Below, one piece after another: positions 60,593 to 64,000 of a DNA stretch of 64,000 bases. A model generated the notes under the pieces. It made no database searches. It was not told where the DNA came from and saw only the letters and a program-made list of their open reading frames with translations. The stretch lies in the NCBI GenBank assembly GCA_040954595.2, contig CM082590.2, positions 9,326,088 through 9,390,087 on the forward strand, written 5' to 3'. Source of the DNA: Balanoglossus misakiensis (taxonomy: Eukaryota > Animalia > Hemichordata). Position numbers and translations under genes: made by a program. Within the stretch, counting starts at the first letter, position 1, and each line of letters starts with the position of its first letter.

Positions 60593-62630
60593 GACAATTT
60601 TCATGAGCTATAACCCATGAAATATGTCCCCAGATCACAATCTCACCAAAGTTTGCAAAGTTGGGAATTTTTCCTATCCTGACAATTTTTATGAGCTATA
60701 ACCCATGAAATATGTCCCCAGATCACAATCTCACCAAAGTTTGCAACATTGGGTATTTTTCCTGTTCTGACAATTTTTATGAGCTATAGCCCATGAAATA
60801 TGTCCCCATATCACAATTTCACCAAAGTTTTCAAAGTGGGGAATTTTTCCTGTCCTGACAATTTTCATGAGGTATAACCCTTGAAAAATGTCCCCAGATC
60901 ACAATCTCACCAAAGTTTGCAACATTGGGTATTTTTCCTGTTCTGACAATTTTCATGAGCTATAACCCATGAAATATGTCCCCATATCACAATTTCACCA
61001 AAGTTTTCAAAGTTGGGAATTTTTCCTTTTCTGACAATTTTCATGAGCTATAACCCATGAAATATGTCCCCAAATGACAATTTCACCAAAGTTTGCAAAG
61101 TTGGGAATTTTTCCTGTTCTGACAATTTTCATGAGCTATAGCCCATGAAATATGTCCCCAAATGACTATTTCATCAAAGTTTGCAAAGTTGGGAGTTTTT
61201 CCTGTCCTGACAATTTTCATGAGCTATAACCCATGAAATATGTCCCCAAGTCACAATTTCACCAAAGTTTGCAAAGTTGGGAATTTTTCCTGTTCTGACA
61301 ATTTTCATGAGCTATAACCCATGAAATATGTCCCCAGATCACAATTTCACCAAAGTTTGCGAAATTTGGAATTTTTCCTTTTCTGACAATTTTCATGAGC
61401 TATAACCCATGAAATATGTCCCCAAATGACAATTTCACCAAAGTTTGCAAAGTTGGAAATTTTTCCTTTTCTGACAATTTTCATGAGCTAAAGCCCATGA
61501 AATATGTCCCCAAATGACTATTTCATCAAAGTTTGCAAAGTTGGGAATTTTTCCTTTTCTGACAATTTTCATGAGCTACAACCCATGAAATATGTCCCCA
61601 AGTCACAATTTCACCAAAGTTTGCAAAGGTGGGGATTTTTTCGTGTTCTGACAAGTTTTATGAGCTATAACCCATGAAATATGTCCCCAGATCACAATTT
61701 CACCAAAGTTTGCAAAGTTGGGAATTTTTCCTTTTCTGACAATTTTCATGAGCTATAACCCATGAAATATGTCCCCAAATGACAATTTCACCAAAGTTTG
61801 CAAAGTTGGGAATTTTTCCTTTTCTGACAATTTTCATGAGCTATAGCCCATGAAATATGTCCCCAAATGACAATTTCACCAAAGTTTGCAAAGTTGGGAA
61901 TTTTTCCTGTTCTGACAATTTTCATGAGCTATAACCCATGAAATATGTCCCCAAATCACAATTTCACCAAAGTTTGCGAAATTGGGAATTTTTCCTTTTC
62001 TGACAATTTTCATGAGCTATAGCCCATGAAATATGTCCCCAACTCACAATTTCACCAAAGTTTGCAAAGTTGGGAATTTTTCCTTTTCTGACAATTTTCA
62101 TGAGCTATAACCCATGAAATATGTCCCCAAATGACAATTTCACCAAAGTTTGCAAAGGTGGGAATTTTTCCTTTTCTGACAATTTTCATGAGCTATAGCC
62201 CATGAAATATGTCCCCAGATCACAATTTCACCAAAGTTTGCAAAGTTGGGAGTTTTTCCTGTCCTGACAATTTTCATGAGCTATAACCCATGAAATATGT
62301 CCCCAAATGACAATTTCACCAAAGTTTGCAAAGTTGGAAATTTTTCCTTTTCTGACAATTTTCATGAGCTATAGCCCATGAAATATGTCCCCAGATCACA
62401 ATTTCACCAAAGTTTGCAAAGTTGGGAGTTTTTCCTGTCCTGACAATTTTCATGAGCTATAACCCATGAAATATGTCCCCAAATGACAATTTCACCAAAG
62501 TTTGCAAAGTGGGGAATTTTTCCTGTCCTGACAATTTTCATGAGCTATAACCCATGAAATATGTCCCCAAATCACAATTTCACCAAAGTTTGCAACTTTG
62601 GGAATTTTTCCTGTCCTGACAATTTTCATG
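60593..62630. repeat. Satellite array, 88-bp monomer, ~23 copies
   Basis: Unit CATGAGCTATAACCCATGAAATATGTCCCCAAATGACAATTTCACCAAAGTTTGCAAAGTTGGGAATTTTTCCTTTTCTGACAATTTT; CATGAGC at 60954, 61042, 61130. Confidence 0.97.
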
Positions 62631-64000
62631 AGAATTTCCTATCCTGACAGCCCTGTTTATCTGTTTGCATTTTTTATTTCAAGTCTTTATTTTCATTGTC
62701 CATCTGCCTATCAGCTAGCTCAACAATAGAAATATCACCTCACGAAAAAGTTTTTTGGAAACATTGGTAAAATGTGAGCTGAACTAATAAAACTTCATTA
62801 ATTTAATTACTATCCATGTAGTATTTGTCTACTGAGATTACAACTGACAATTTTGTAAACAACTGAGAATGATTGGGGGAATAAAAAAACTACTCTGCCA
62901 TACATTTTCACATAACATAGAAATTCCCTGAATTATACTAATTGATTATCAAAGGTGAATTTCATTACTACCCATGTTAATATTTTCTAAACATTACATC
63001 ACACATATATAATGTAATCTTTTTATACACTGATTATTACAGAATTTTTCTCAAGAATCAATGCTTCCAAAATTTTAATGTCAAAAACTACTAAGAGGTA
63101 ATTTTCAATAACATAGAAACGTGACTACCACTATTACCAGGTATTCCCTGAAATGCACACATTGAGTATACGCTCTGCTCAACAGGGCTGTTGTTTATCT
63201 GTTGTTGTTTATGTTGGGAGTCCCTAGTTACCGCGCTCGTCGTCTCAACATCCAAATTATCGGAGCCAGGCCCCTTCGGATCCTATATTACGCGTTAAAC
63301 TACGTTAAATCACGAAGCTAACATGTTTAAACCCTAAATCTTGCTCTGCTCGGAGAGAGAGATGTGTTGGATGCCCTAATAGCCTAGCCTAGCAACTTCG
63401 CGCAGCACATGTCAACAAAATGTTTCAAAAATTGAGTCTTACTGTGATTTTCCCGTGAATTCAGTCTTCTCCTTGAAAGAGTGGTGTTTGGGCAACCTAT
63501 ACTGAAACCATTAGCGCTTGTAGTCCGGATTTGGTGAAATTTTGAGACAATATTTGACTGTACGCGTTCCAGCGGGGTGCAGGCAGACTACAGGACTTCC
63601 AGTAAACAAACGTGAGGTCAAGGGTCGAAGGTCACCTAAGGGGATTTCCTGACCTCATTTGCGTACATAGTGCGCCCCTAGTGGTAGACATGTTGATTGA
63701 GCAGAGCTATACGCTTTTTGCTCCATAATTAGACGTACGCGTAATGAAACGAGTAACTCTCTCTTTTTTTTAATTTTGCAATCTTGGAAATGTCAGTTTT
63801 ATTTTTTTCGAATAATTACTGGAGACAAGTCTCACTCTAGTCTCGGTTACCCAGACTCCTTCGCTCCTGATTGCTACGGGCGCCCTCTTGCAACAGTAAT
63901 CAACTTAAAAACATCCCTTTTGTTCAAGTCAACCCTCTCCTGTTGTCAAATTGTCACGATCGCCCTCCTGCAACAGTTATCAACGTATAAAGCCTCCCCT

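Noticed and set aside
60593-62630. CRISPR array or coding repeat
   Set aside because: Contiguous 88-bp monomers without spacers; unit not a multiple of 3

Overview
Eukaryotic (metazoan, probably marine invertebrate deuterostome; this is inferred from gene content and intron style only) genomic DNA with spliceosomal introns. The ORF track is therefore mostly misleading, and I assembled exons by hand from GT-AG sites and reading phase. A ~55 kb gene island sits between two homologous satellite arrays (87-bp unit at 1-5186; 88-bp unit at ~60593-62630). It carries SMARCE1/BAF57 (minus) head-to-head with TOPBP1 (plus, ~28 kb). An 11.7-kb TOPBP1 intron hosts (i) an antisense 5-exon ZU5-ZU5-UPA-like-Death-domain gene and (ii) a young non-autonomous Ngaro/PAT-type split-direct-repeat element (A1-gag-B1-A2-B2). 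This element encodes only a zinc-finger Gag, and where RT/RNaseH/tyrosine recombinase would be it has a tandem array of isostructural hairpins. Downstream is an intact 11-exon gene for a predicted secreted C-type lectin-GAIN/GPS protein that stops 10 residues after the autoproteolysis site (no membrane domain); its TATA promoter lies in interlocked inverted repeats. The last 17 kb has no convincing protein gene. It holds a candidate spliced lncRNA made of tandem exon-intron units, an array of tRNA-derived Pol III units with octamer and CTCF-like motifs, ~680-bp tandem repeats and the second satellite. Many MITEs, one SINE, a LINE fragment and microsatellites fill the introns. No database search or folding program was run; family calls are from motif recognition.
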